DNA of 64,000 nucleotides. Source: Chiloscyllium plagiosum (taxonomy: Eukaryota). Numbering within the stretch: position 1 is the first letter of the stretch; each line of letters starts with the position of its first letter. Location of the stretch: the NCBI RefSeq assembly GCF_004010195.1, contig NC_057755.1, forward strand, positions 5,087,643 to 5,151,642, in the 5' to 3' direction. The position numbers were made by a program, and so were the translations under genes. The notes below the pieces were generated by a model. It was given only the letters and a program-made list of their open reading frames with translations, ran no database searches and was not told the origin of the DNA. Shown here piece by piece: positions 37,701-50,636 of this stretch.

Positions 37701-40700
37701 CAACCTTCAGGGTACAATGGACCTGCACTGTCAGATCTCTCTGCCCATCAACCTTTCCCAAGGCTCTTCCGTTCATTGTATAATTCGTTCTTGGAATAGT
37801 CTTGCCTAAAAGCATCACCTCACATTTGTCTAGATTGTCTAAACCATGCTGCCTATCACTGATAAGCCCATTCTTTTCGAAATTTAAATAGACCCTATCC
37901 CTCAGTACCTTCTTTTGCAACTTTCCCAACACGGACGTCAGGCTTACTGGTCGGTTATTACCTGGAATATCCCTACTATCCCTCTTGTACAGAGGGATAT
38001 CATGAGAAACCTTCCAGTCCTCCAGCACTTCACCTGTATTTAAGGAGGCCATCCGTAGTTAAGCAGGGCCCCAGCTATTTCCTCTCTCGCCTCCCTCAGC
38101 AACCTGGGATAATTCCCATGCGATCCTGGGAATTTGTTCACCTTAACAACCTCTAGCCTAGTCAACACATCTTCCCTACTTATGTCAATGTGATCCAGAT
38201 AAATCTAACTTGGGACTCTAATCTCAACATCCATCATGTTTCTCTCCTCAGTGAATACTGATGCATAGTAATCATTCAGAATCACACCCATTTTCTCAGG
38301 TTCGACACACAGCCTTCCTTTAGTGGACGAATTCTTTCTCTAGTTACCTGCTTGCCTCTTATACAAGAATAAAATGCTTTGGGATTTTCCTGAATTCTGC
38401 ACTCTAAAGCTATTTCATGACCCCTTTTAGACTGCTTGATTGCTCATTTAAGACTTGTTCTACTCTTCTGGTATTCCTCCAGGGCCCGTTCTGTTCTTAG
38501 CTGCCTTGCCTTATGTATGCTTCCCTTTTCCTCTTGGCTCGTCGTACAATTTCCTGTCATCCACGGTTCACGAACCTTTCCCTTCCTATCCTTTGCCTTC
38601 AACGGGACATGCCTATACTGTATTACCGTTAACCAACTTTGAAAGCCTCCCACATCTCAAATGTGGACTTCCATTCAAATAGTTGTGTCCAATGCACATT
38701 TCCCAGCTCCTGCCTAATTTTCATATAATTAGCCTTGCCCCAGTTTACAATTCTTCCCTTAGGACCACTCTCTTCTTAACTGCGAATATTCCGAAACTTA
38801 CAGAAATGTAGTCACTTTTCCTAAAGAAATCTCCTACCCCTTCTTCTACCACCTGGCCTGACTCGTTCTCCAGTACCAGGTCCCATATGGCCCCTTCCTT
38901 CGTAGGACTACTGCCATATTGCTCTAGAAAACTCTCCTGGACGCTTGTAACAAATTCTAACCCAACCAGACCTCGGACGTGAAGTGTATCCCAGTCAATA
39001 TTGGGAAAATTATAATCTCCCAACACTACTACCCTCGTGCCTCTACATATTTCCTTAATCTCTTTACCTATTTGTTCTTCTACCTTAGCTCACTGTTGGG
39101 AGGCCTGCTATACAGCCCCAACAGTGTTAGTGCACCCTTCTTACTTCTCAGCTCCATCGATAATGCCTCATTACCCAAGACCTCCATAGTGTGCTCCATT
39201 AGCACAACCGTGATATCGTCCTTGACCAGCAATGTAACTCCACTCCCTTTTAATTTCCTCCCTGTCTTGTCTGAAACGTCTATATCCTGGAACATTACAT
39301 TGCCAATCATTATGACCTTCCTTCAACCAAGTCTCTGTGATTGCAATAACGTCATAATCCAAGCCCTAAGTTCACCTACCTTACACACTATACTCCTCGC
39401 ATCATAGTAGATGCACTTCAGGCCACCAGTATTTTTGCAGTCATCTGCTCTCTGCTGTTCTTCCCTTTATGAATGCTATCTTCATAGTTATACTGTCTCC
39501 AGTCTCCACCTCGCTGCCTACTTGTCTTCTCTTCTGGTTCCCATCCCCTGCCACATTAGTTTAAAACCTCACCAACAGCAGTAGCAAAAACTCCCCCAAG
39601 AACATTGTTCCAGTCTGTTTCAGTCGTAGACCGCCCATTTTGTAATAGTCCCACTTACCCCAGAACCGGTCCCAATGTCCAACAAATCTGAACCCCTCCA
39701 TTCTCCACCATTTCTCAAGCCACGTGTTCATCCTGCCTATTTTTGTCATTTCTACGCTGGCTAGCACGTGGCACTGGTAGTAATCCCGAGATCACTACCT
39801 TTGAGATCCTCCTCTTTAACTTCTCTCCTAACTCACTGAATTCTTCTTTTAAGTCATCATCTCGTTTTCTAGTTATATCGTTGGTGCCTATATGCGCAAA
39901 AGAAACTGGCTGTTCGCTCTCCCCTTTTAGAATGCTCTGCAGGCCAACGGTGACATCGCTGACCCGAGGACCTGGGAGGCAACTAGCCATCCGGGACTCC
40001 CGTTTTTGGCCACAGAATCGCCTATCTACTTGCCTCACAACTGAATCCCTTGTGATTATGCTCCTACAAGTCTTTTTCCCGCCATTATGAGCAGCAGTGC
40101 CCGCACGGTGCCATGATCCTGGCAACTGCTGCCCTCCCCTGGTGAGCCATCTCCCCCAACAGTATTCAAAATGGTGTACCTGTTTTGGAGGAAGATTACC
40201 TCAGGAGACACCTGCACTGCCTTCCAACTCTTTTGCTGTCTTTTGGTGACCCAGTCACTGTCTCCCTCAGCAGTTCTAACCTCCGGTGTGACCAGTTTAG
40301 TAAGCGTGCTATCCATGCCCTCCTCAGCATCTCGGATGCTCCACAGTGAGTCCATTCCCACCTCCAGAGCCGTCATGCGGTCAAACAGGAGCGGCAGCTG
40401 GACACACTTCTTGCAAGTGTAAGAGTCAGGAATGTCAGACACGTTCCCTAAGATCCCACATCAAGCAAAAAGCACATGCCACGGGTGTGAGGTCCCCTGC
40501 AATTATAAGCTTAGCTTCATATTAACTAACTATAACCAAACAATTCACTTAAATATATGAAAAAGAAAGATAAAGAAAAAGTAAAAGCCTTATCTTACAG
40601 AGTCTTTTCTTCCAGTTAGAAGAGGGGGCGGGGCGGGGGCGGGAGGGTGATACTACATGTGTAGTATCTCGGGTTTAGCCACTGCCCAAATATAAGTTAA

Positions 40701-41076
40701 GCTCTTACCACTCCGGCAGCCTTCGCTTTAATCCACCTTCTTTCCTTGCCCCTCTGTCAAAATGAAGGCCCGACTCCCGTGGTAAGTCCCTTTTTAAACT
40801 TACCCTTCCGGGTTGCCCTCGCTTCACTCCACCTTCACTGCTTGCCACTCTGTCAAAATGTCATTATACAGGTCACCTCTAAAACATGACCATTTTGGCG
40901 TGAAGTCTCGTCTGCTTACATAAAAACAAAAAAGCTTTGTCAGTACACTTTGACCTCTGTACCAAACCAGTCCAACCAGCACTAGTACACCTTACGATCC
41001 CTTTGGAAAACGAAAAGGAAATAGCATCCTTAGGAAAAGGAACAGATTTTAGAAATTAGAAACCAGCTTTGTGGCA
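34790..41076 (-). mobile_element. Deleted Gypsy (Gmr1-like) LTR retrotransposon; its 5' LTR (~36600-37033 plus 40861-41076) is split by a CR1; partial 3' LTR ~34790-35050
   Basis: Minus-strand fragments THVEEQIVKMARLAA..DYELVHK, a zinc-knuckle remnant and LPGIFPDCVVTR. LTR pieces are reverse-complement homologs of 1619-2146. No integrase or RT recognisable. Confidence 0.72.
37034..40860 (-). mobile_element. 5'-complete CR1 LINE (3.8 kb) with an RT-core deletion, nested in an LTR
   Basis: ORF1 YTCKKC and esterase motifs (RDSVVR, HIGTND, GLRL). ORF2 DVIAITETWL, GDYNFPNIDW, EDWKV, RPVSLTS, ALERVQRRFTR. (TTCTTTG)n tail at 37034-37055. RT jumps from QHG to DKCEVM near 37835. Confidence 0.92.
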
Positions 41077-41249
41077 TGCAAAAAGGAAGGTTTGTGAATG
41101 CTGCAAGAATAATTTGACCAAGGAGGAACGAGGTGAGACACCAGGTTAGTAGAGGTGCAAGGTGGCTTGGGTGTCAAGGTGGCAGGCATGTAGAGAGGCA
41201 AGAGAGGAGGGGTTAGACGCCAACTGGAATGTAGTTGGTGCCGTGAACT

Positions 41250-41745
41250 TAATAAGGTGAGCCAGGTCGATTTCATAAAATGACTTCTGTGTTTGGTGCT
41301 ATTAACCTTATCCAATCAGCGTATCCCAGCTGACTAATATAAATGGCAGCGTCAGAGTTCTGTCCATTCAGAGCTTGGTGTGAAAAAGCTGGAACAATAT
41401 CAAAGGCTTTTCAGGTGTAAATGAAGGATCATTTGGAGACAGGATAGAGTCATCTGTGGCACTGGGATTAATGAAATAACCTTGCAAAAGTACTTACTCA
41501 TTGAAGCCACACCGAACTTCAAACAGGCACTTAAATTGGCTATGTCATCTCGAAATGCAGCAAGTGGAGCACAGGATTTTCAGTGTATGTCGATGCACGT
41601 AGACACCATCGCAAGAACAACTACGCTGGGGAATACCATTTGAATGGAGGCAATTACACATCGTCACTCAGGACATATCGTGGACAGAGGGTCTCCATAT
41701 CAGCTCACAGCAAAACTCGAAAACAAAGCCAAGTCTTGTTTTCTT
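41250..41745 (+). mobile_element. Second Gypsy-type remnant: LTR piece followed by a gag fragment
   Basis: CCAAT and TATA-like boxes (ccaatcagc...tataaat), then GINEITLQKYLLIEATPNFKQALKLA, resembling Gypsy gag. Confidence 0.55.
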
Positions 41746-42342
41746 CAGGAGCTGGGTGGGAAAGACAGCTTGAGTTTGGGGTGGACATGTGCACGTTGAT
41801 GGTCAAAGAAGGACAATATGTTTTTCAAGGCAAAGCAAATAAAAAAGTCTCGAGTTTGCACATTGCACACTTTGTTACTTTATTTGCTCTCATTTCATTC
41901 TTCTTCCATCACCTCCTTTTGATTTATTCGTCAAAATGTTTAGCGTGTCATTTCCAATTTGTTTTAGTGTTCTTTTCTCGGTTTCAACATCTGAATTTCA
42001 GCTTTGGGATGTAATTCAATCTCAATAGCAAATACTGCGTTTTTCTCAATTCAGTCTTCAGTCTCATTGTTTTTAACCTGAGAATTCAGGATTCAAGTCT
42101 CCGAAAGAACATAGATTAGATTAATGAAGCCTTTATTCAATTAATGTGATGCTTTTTCTCATATTCACTGATATTAGAATATGAACATATACTGTATATG
42201 CATCTTATGCGTTTCTCTCTCTCTGTCTCGCTGTTCATCTGTGTTTACGTTTCTGTGTGTGTGGTGTGCCCCTGTATCTTTGTGTGTTTTTATGCCTGTT
42301 TTCTCTTTCTCTCTCTCTCGCTGAATCTCTCTGAAACTCTCT

Positions 42343-42385
42343 NNNNNNNNNNNNNNNNNNNNNNNNNNNNNNNNNNNNNNNNNNN
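42343..42385. other. Assembly gap (43 N) within CT/GT/GA microsatellites
   Basis: Run of N. True distance across the gap is unknown. Confidence 0.99.
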
Positions 42386-43539
42386 TGTGTGTGTGTGTGA
42401 GAGAGAGAGAGATGAGGTCTACCTGCAATGGTACACACTTTCTCCGAGATGGAAATTTGAATGAATGAATTAATACGTGAGGAATAAAAAGCCCAGTATC
42501 TTTCTCTATTTGTTTCCCTCGCTGTTGTCTTGTGTTGAAAGTGATTCCCCGAAATTTCTGTTTCGCAACGGTGCTCTCTCTCTCTCTCTCTTTCATTGTC
42601 ATACCTACCGCCAGTCTTCATCCTGCCCTCTGTCTGTTTGTCAGGCCGACCATCAGTCAACGTCTATCTCCCTCTCTGATGGTTAGATTGAAAGTACGTC
42701 AGCGCCTCGTTTCTTCTCCAATGTTTAGACTTGTATTTAGTCAGTGACCCACTGAAATATAACCCAGATTGACACTTCTCTGATGGACCATTTGTATGGT
42801 TGTCTTCAATTATATCATTCGAGGACTAGACTACACGAATTCCGAAATAATATTTGAAGAATTTAGAAACATGGTTGAGGGGGTTGAGTTTCTGAACAAA
42901 CTCATGAATTTACACAGCAACTCAGTCCAAGTTCAGGCACCAAATCAAGCATGCGCTGACATCTCCAATGGCACAACTGACACAATGAATGAAAACACTG
43001 CACGTCTGAAAGTGAGCCGACTGTGTCATAGCGTTTCCAGTCTGAGTTTCAAATTTCGACGTGACCCCAAGTGAGGAGCAGTTCAACAACGCTTAAGTTG
43101 TAATGGAGTTGAGATTTTGTTGGAATGAATGTGGGGGCACGACGTGCAGGTCAGGATGATGAACGTGAGGAATATTGGCTCCTGCAACATTCCGATTATC
43201 ACCTTGTCAGATTAGTTCCTTATCAACGTGTCATTAAAGGGCAAAACAAAGTAAATGTAACAGTAGAAATCATGGTCAGTGTACTATTTAGTAATAATGT
43301 AAAAATAAACTGCTGTGACATTGTTCTCTGCCTCTGTAATTTTTTTCTTCCATGTGAAAACCCTTGAGAGTTTTGACACCCACAGACACTTATTTCCGGG
43401 AATCCCAAGTTTGAAATGACAGAGGTCATCATTATATGTCTATTGTTGTAAATCTGGACGCTCAAGAGGGGCCTTTCGATTCCGTGATTGGTCAAATAAG
43501 CAGAAGCAGCTTAGTCTGTTTAAACAAGTTTTAGCAATT

Positions 43540-44018
43540 TGTTATGACGCCCGGCATAGGTTACCCAGCAATGCGTGGGCTAAGCACCTCTATGCTCTCT
43601 GGAAAAGCTGCATACAATCTTAAAACACAGACAACTTTTATAGTTCTCTTAACAAACCGAACAACCTTAATTGCAAAATTCATCCTATAAAATGAAATGA
43701 TATGACAAATAGGCATAAAATTAAGCCAATGGCATTTCCTGGGACTTGACTTGTTTTGCACTTCTTTATCTCCGGGATACCTGGTTTCCAAGGTCAGTTA
43801 GGATACTTTAATAATGTCATATCTTACTTAGTTAATTCATACTATGAACAGGACATTGTTTGCTAATCTATTTCAATTCGTTCAAGAATGCACTTTTCAG
43901 CAAAGTAAGAAGCCATTGCTCCTAGAAATCACTTTGTTATGCTATTTTATGTTAGTTGCATTAGGAAGCCATTTTTTAGTTTGTAAAAGCATGGATTAAA
44001 TAGTTGCTCCTCACAACA
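43540..44018. mobile_element. Candidate solo LTR
   Basis: Termini TGTTATGA...TCACAACA (7/8 inverted match), 479 bp. No clean TSD. Confidence 0.4.
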
Positions 44019-45519
44019 CCATAAATCCAGATTTACATCCTCACCATCACATTATCTCACACTCAGCAGTTCTTGAGCTCCTACATTTCCGTAGGATGGT
44101 TTTGCTCCATTGTGCGAGTTGCACAGAAGGTCTTGCTTACAGTACCCATGACAATCTCCCCTCCTGTTTGACAGTATCCATCTGGCACAAGTCTGCTTGG
44201 CATCGTTTGATCAAGATAACGAATTTGGCCGACTGGCCTTCGCATTTTATTAGCTTGGTTGGACACGTGCCCACCTCCCATCAGCTGATATGGGGTCACG
44301 TCGAAATTTGAAATTCAGAGTGGAAACGCTGTGACACCTCAGCTGATTTGATAATCTTTGAGCATCAGTCAACAAAAGTCCACTTTAACCCGCCTGTGAC
44401 CATGTGACCAATGTAAAACGCATTTGTGTATGCAACTAAAATAAGTTATCTCGGTTCAACATTGTTCCACACTGTTAGACGCTGAAGCTACTTGAATTTT
44501 CGCTAGTTTGATCTTCATGCTACTTCTGTAATGAAAGAGAACTCCTAGATAAATACAACAGTGTTAACCTGCTTTTCAATGAAGTTATGCCCACATCTTC
44601 ACTTTTCTGCAAAACACATGTCATCACCACATTCGGTATGACGGTGTTCAAAACAGAACGCCACTGTTGACATTAATGCGATGACAATGTACATTTTTTT
44701 CAAAATGGGCCAAATGTCTTCCTGCTGCACCATCCCATTTCAGTGATTCTATGAATTTTACACTGATCCTCATAATATTTCAAGTTGGCCCCTACTGTGC
44801 AGATAGTATATCAGGCATTTAATGTTTAGATCAAACGACTTAATTTATCTTTGCAATTGTATTCCATTTAATTGGTTGCTTTCAGTAACTGCTATCTTCT
44901 GGCATCGATTTCCTGCCTAAGTGTCATGCTGTGTAGTGTTGTAATGGACACAGCTCATCTCTCAGTAACTCTCCTGAAGACATTATTGAAAACAACTATT
45001 CTGCAGATTCCACTTTTGGAAATAGAATAGCTTTCTGCAATCGTGTTTTATTATTTTGAGTGTCTGTCTGTGTGCAGCTGTACTAAGCTTGGTGTGCTCT
45101 CTGGTATTATTTGACATCTTTCAATTATGAAATAGCTGATATTTTGATCAACCTTTTTATTTAATCGTGCTGCTTTTTTTGTGAGTGTCTACTATTAGTC
45201 AAAGGTAACAATAGAATTTTCATGTCGATTCACTGCTTTCATTGCCCTATAAAAGCCAATAGGGCAATTTAATCCCGTGCACGGGATAACCAAAGACAGC
45301 CAGTTACAACGTTTGCAACATCAGCCGTGGCCTGTCTCAAGCTTACCAACAATTGCTACTATGGGCTAACTCTGCAAGTTGAGGGAAAAAAAATGCCCAG
45401 GCTTATTTTGCGCCCTAATGATGTGGAAATGCAACACAGAAATTGCATTAGACCAGTCAATCAGTAACTTAAGTGAAAACTTCGTCAAAAAAGTATTCAT
45501 GAAAACATAGTGGCAGAAA

Positions 45520-46440
45520 GATGTACACATTGGAAAGAGACCCCACAGTTCAACTTGTCCATCCAACAAGATATCCAAAATTCACCTTGTCATATTTACC
45601 AGCATTTGGCATTCTGAACCGTTACTGTTCATCCGGATGAAACGTCGATTCACTTGCTCCTCGGATGTTGTGATTTTCCAGCACCACACTGTCAACTCCG
45701 ATTTCTAGAATATGAAATCCTCACTTTCTCCGAGTTGATTTCAACCTTCCTGCTCACCTGTCCGTCCTGATGTCCTTTAAATGTTGTATTTCGTACCAAC
45801 CTCCAAGACTTTATTTGGCTGCTCATTCCACACCCACAGCACCCTCTCCATGCAAAACTTGCCATTAAGGTCCTTTTCATATCCTTCCCCTCTCACTTTA
45901 AGCCGATGTTCTCGAATTTTGGACTTCCGTACGATGGGAAAAAATACTTTGGCAATTGTCATACACATGCCCCTCATGATTTCATAAACATCTAACCTCT
46001 GACACTTCAGGGAAAATAGCCGCAGACCCTTTTGCCTCTCCCAGTAGCTTAACACTCCAATCCTGTTAACATGCTTGCAAATCGTGTCTGAACCCTTTCA
46101 AGTTTCACAACATTCTACCTGCTGCAGCGAGGTCAGAACTGAACATAGTATTCCAAAACTGGTCTAACCAATGTTCGGCTTCTCAGTAACACGTCTTCCT
46201 AAATCCTCTATTCAATGCACTGACGAATAAAGACACGTGCACTAAATGACTTCTTTATTAATCTGTCTACCTGCGATTCCACTTTCAAGAAATTGTGAAT
46301 CTGTACCCCCATCGTCTCTGTTCTGCAACATTCCTCAGAACCATTGCCTTGATTTGTCCTACCAAAATGCAACATCTTACTTTCAGCGAAGTTAAACTCG
46401 ATCTGGCACTCCTCGGATCATCCATCCAAGAGCAATCATT
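45520..46440 (-). mobile_element. CR1 LINE 3' fragment with a nested Penelope-type repeat (~45630-45730)
   Basis: LRLFSL, VYEIMRG and REHRLKVRG motifs in the minus-strand ORFs. Confidence 0.72.
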
Positions 46441-47729
46441 CAGAAATAAGTGTTCAGTGGCAACCATCCATCCTGTGTGGCTTCATCCGTCCGGGTATTG
46501 AGTAAAAAGGTTAGCAAATCATGTTGCAGCTGAATAAAACTTTATTTAAGTCATATTTAGAGCATTGCCTGCAATTCTAGACACCACATGAGAGATTGGA
46601 CCGAGTGTGAAAGATGGTTATTGGAGTGTTTTCTGAAGTAGCATGTTTCCATCCTGAGGAAAGATTGGACAAATGTGTTCATTTGCCCGAGAGTATCGGC
46701 GGCTGAAGAGACACCTGACGGAAATAGAAAAAAAGTGTGTGGAATGGATCAGGTGAATATTCAGCGCCGTTCTTCCACGCTCGAGTGAGTAGTTTCCTAA
46801 CCTATTGAGCTTTTTTTTCCTGAACACATGGTGGCAAGCACGCTGAGTTTTTCCAGCAATTTCTGTCTTTCTGTATTTCCAGCACCTGCAGTTATTTATT
46901 TCATTGTATGTAAGTACAACTTAGGGTGGAGTAACCTGGTCTGCAGCAACTATCTTGCGGAAGAATCTGAGGAGTGATCAGAATTTGAAATTTATGCATG
47001 GAAGACATCAGAGGACAATATTATGGCTGGTGATTATTTCAGGAGAAGGACGAAGTCAAAAACCTGACAGGAGTCGTAATCAGGCTGCCAAATGTACAAA
47101 TAGGAGCAACAACAAAGGAGTAAATATTGAGTGATTCTGCTTACTTTTGGTTTTCAGCAAGACAATTATCATTTGGAAGATTGAATCAGATTTAAGAATG
47201 CTTTATCTTCGTCAGTATTGGTTGAAACTTGAACTTAAAACAAAAAGAGCAGGAGAACTTTATTTTGTGTTTTGGCTTACACTGGCATTCTACACGGCCA
47301 TGAATGTTCCTTTATGTCAATGTCAATACCATATCATGATGCATAAAATTTTATTAGCAGTAGGAAAGGTGGTCATCAGCAGGATCTTTTCCTTGCTGCA
47401 CATTCATAAATACAGATTTGCCTGCCTCCTTCAATGTCTAAAAATCCTTTTTTCCGTTGTTGGAGCACCAGCATCTCCACCTTCCCTGTGAAATGCTGGA
47501 TCTTCCCATTGCTTCACATTCGAGCCGTAGAAATTAAGCGTCAGTTAGCATCACTGCTGTGCTTCTTTAAGATCTGGATGCAATTGAATGCAACAGTTTT
47601 TGCAACAGCCAAATCATTACTTTGTTCCAGTCACCGAAAGTGTGAATTGCTCATAACCAAACAGACAGAAAAACTGAAGGATGGAATACAGCAGTCAAGT
47701 AGACGCAACCGACATTCGAATAAGAGTTC

Positions 47730-48002
47730 AGTTTGTGTACGTGTGTGCTCTGTGTGTGTGCACGTGCGCACGTGTTTACTTGTTTGAGCGTGTGTACGTA
47801 TGTCAGCATGTGTCTGAGAGAGAATGCGTGTGTGTGGGTGAGTGTGTGCTTGTGAGGGATCGTGTGTGTACATGTGTATGCGTGACCATGTGTGCATGTG
47901 TGCGAGAGTGCGTGTGTGAGTGTGTTTGTGAATGTGCGTGTGTGCATGGTGTATGTCTTTGTGTGCGTCTCTGTGTGTGAGTACGTGTTTGTATGTGTGC
48001 AC
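47730..48002. repeat. TG-rich degenerate microsatellite about 1 kb upstream of copy E exon 2
   Basis: Imperfect (TG)n. Confidence 0.88.
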
Positions 48003-48979
48003 ATTTATGTAAGCGAGAAAGCAGGGTTGATTGCTGGTTTTATTGAAAATGGCAATATTCGCTTTCCCACAGCGGCAGAGGGTTTTTTGTGATTACTTGG
48101 GTGGCATTCCAGTCTGGTCTCTGAGTCTGGATTAACAAGCAATGCAAATGCTCGCTTTTGAAGTGAAGGAAACTCGTAAATGGAAGAGGATTTTGGTTTT
48201 TTGAGAGGTTCAAGAGCTCGGGGTTTCTGTCATGATTTAAGAGGCAATACATGTAAGTCAGAGTTGAGAATAACTATTGTCCTCCTTAAATTCATGTGAC
48301 TACTTAACTCAGTTTGTGAAAACTTACGGAGAGCACATGGATTCACAAATCTTTTAAGGCGGAGTTAGAGCCATTCTGCATTTTCACTGTGCAGCAGGCG
48401 CGCTGTGTTGAACGGAATGTGCGGTAGTTAGATTCGCCATGACCAATATTTCAGCCTCAATTGTCCACATGGCTTATTGCTTCCCCAACTTTATGATCTC
48501 ATGGAGAGATTGATACATAATAGATGATGAAGCGACATGAATAAATCTTGCGAGAAACATACAAACACATCCTGATCTCTGAAATAAAGCTTTATTCTGT
48601 GAGCAGTTATTCAAGAAGTTCAGTTTGAAGTGGGAACCAATTTTATCAGGATCAAGAACAAGTAGTTATGTACCTTGAAAGATTCAAATCATAACTCATT
48701 TACAAGGCTGTGTATTCCCCAATCCCAATCAGACTTTGATTTAGGGAAAGGTCGTGCAATTATTGAATTAACAGAACCCGACTATCTGATTGCCTGGTGA
48801 GTCTGAAATTACTTTAGATTTAGATCTGAATTAGAATTTCCATATTCAACAATAACAGAAACCATTTGATCACCTGCAAATTTCCATATTCTGTGCTCAT
48901 CATACCATACTGACGGCGTCAAATCGAGAAGCTGTTTGCTGAGTAAATTCTAGCATTTTTCCATTTCTTTCTCACACAA

Positions 48980-49851
48980 TTAATTTGCTGGCCATTGCGA
49001 TTCTCTCCCGCGGACATTGTGGTGTTTCAAAGTACACCACACGCTACCTCGTGGCTATGACATGGGCAGATCACCTGATCATCATATTTGAAGTCATATT
49101 GAGAGAGATTATTTATTATTATGAAACCCCAGTGTTTTTCTTGGTCATCACCCCTGCATGTAGTGCTCATGATGCACTGTGTGATGCAAGCATGGACTGT
49201 TCTGTCTGGTTCACTGTCACATTCTCTTTTGATCAATTTGTAGCTGTTTGTTGCCATAAATTGAGAACACGATTTTGCACAGACAAAACTGCAGCTGTGG
49301 TGCTTTCAACAACCTGCATTCTGCTTTGCTTGAAAAGCGTCCCTGTCTATTTTATTCATGAATCTGGGTATATAGTTGACAATGTACCATGGTTTTGTTA
49401 TGTGAAACCGAGTTATTATACCGATCCTGGTTGGGTGGGTTATGAATGCTTTGCTAAAGCTTTAACGCCACTGCTCCCATTCGCTCTAATTCTGTTGATC
49501 AACACTTTGACTGTAAGACAAATTTTAGCATCCAGCCGAGTCCGTAAGGAACTGAAAGCCCGCACTAATGGAGAGAAACACCGCGACCCAGAGATGGAAA
49601 GCAGGAGGAAGTCTGTCATTTTACTTTTTACCGTATCTGGCAGCTTTATACTTCTGTTGTTGACATTTATCTTAAAATTCTTTCGTGATATCATTGGCGG
49701 AACCGATTCCACTGATTCTGAAACCATATCTGGTTATTTTGGCCTCATGCTGCGGAATTTACGTTGCTGCACAAATGCATTTATTTATGTAGCGACTCAG
49801 TCCAAATTCAGACAGAAAATCAAGAACATTTTGAAATCACTAGTGGCATAG
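48980..49851 (+). pseudogene. GPR139-like GPCR copy E: open exon-2 reading frame but probable young pseudogene
   Basis: Uninterrupted ~290-codon frame homologous to copy B. Acceptor reads CAA|TTAATTTG instead of CAG, DRF is DQF, TM6 Trp is lost, and no exon 1 was recognised upstream. GPCR identity is secure; coding status is uncertain. Confidence 0.7.
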
Positions 49852-50070
49852 TTTCTGCAATTAGTAAATAATCTGTACCTCACAACGGGTGTCAGCTATG
49901 TCACAGTGCTTCCAGTCCGCGAATACTAGATTTGTGCCAAATTATGAGGTGCAGTCACCATTGTTAAAGTTGTGAGGACACTAAGAGTAGACATTGCATG
50001 GGCCTGGAAGGAAATTGACGGGATCGTGAACATGTCAGGGTGTTAACCATTAGAAATACCTACTACTATA

Positions 50071-50636
50071 TGCTATGGATGAGACCAGAACCCCTCAAAA
50101 TATTTTATGAAGGTAGTCTCAACCTAACGTTTCATCATTTTGAAGGCAGTTGTGAGGTGGATATTTCGGGTGTGATGCACTGGACCAACCACTCCGCTTT
50201 ATCAAAATAGAATTTATTTGTGCAGTATAATTCAATAAGAAATCAAGAAAATGGAATTTAGAAAAAAAATAACAATTGGCAACTTAACTGAGGAAATGTT
50301 TCAGTTCCCATAACATCACATTAAGACATCCCTTGCAAAAGGTAAATTCAAACACAGGTTCATACAGGCAGGAGAGATTTCAGAGAGGGAAGCCAGTCAA
50401 AAATCATCTGCAGGAGCATGGAACTATGCTGCACTGTAATACTCCTGCGACTATTACCAGAAGCTTCTCTGCTGCAACGAAACCAAACTGTAAAAAAAAA
50501 CCTGAACTGGGAGAATCAGCCACTCCCCTGTCGTTGATATTTCCACACTTTTGTACAAATCTGCCTTGACGACCTCTCCTGAAAGAAAAAGCACCGAAGG
50601 AGAAAATAACCTTGTTAAAATGACAGCATCGTCACA
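50071..50636. mobile_element. Candidate solo LTR
   Basis: TG...CA termini (tgctatgga...cgtcaca) and loose resemblance to the minus-strand LTR at 36600-41076. TSD not conserved. Confidence 0.45.

Noticed and set aside
48730..48802. Strong donor CCTG|GTGAGT as exon 1 of copy E
   Set aside because: No ATG or hydrophobic TM1-like coding in the preceding 67 nt. It could at most be a non-coding exon.
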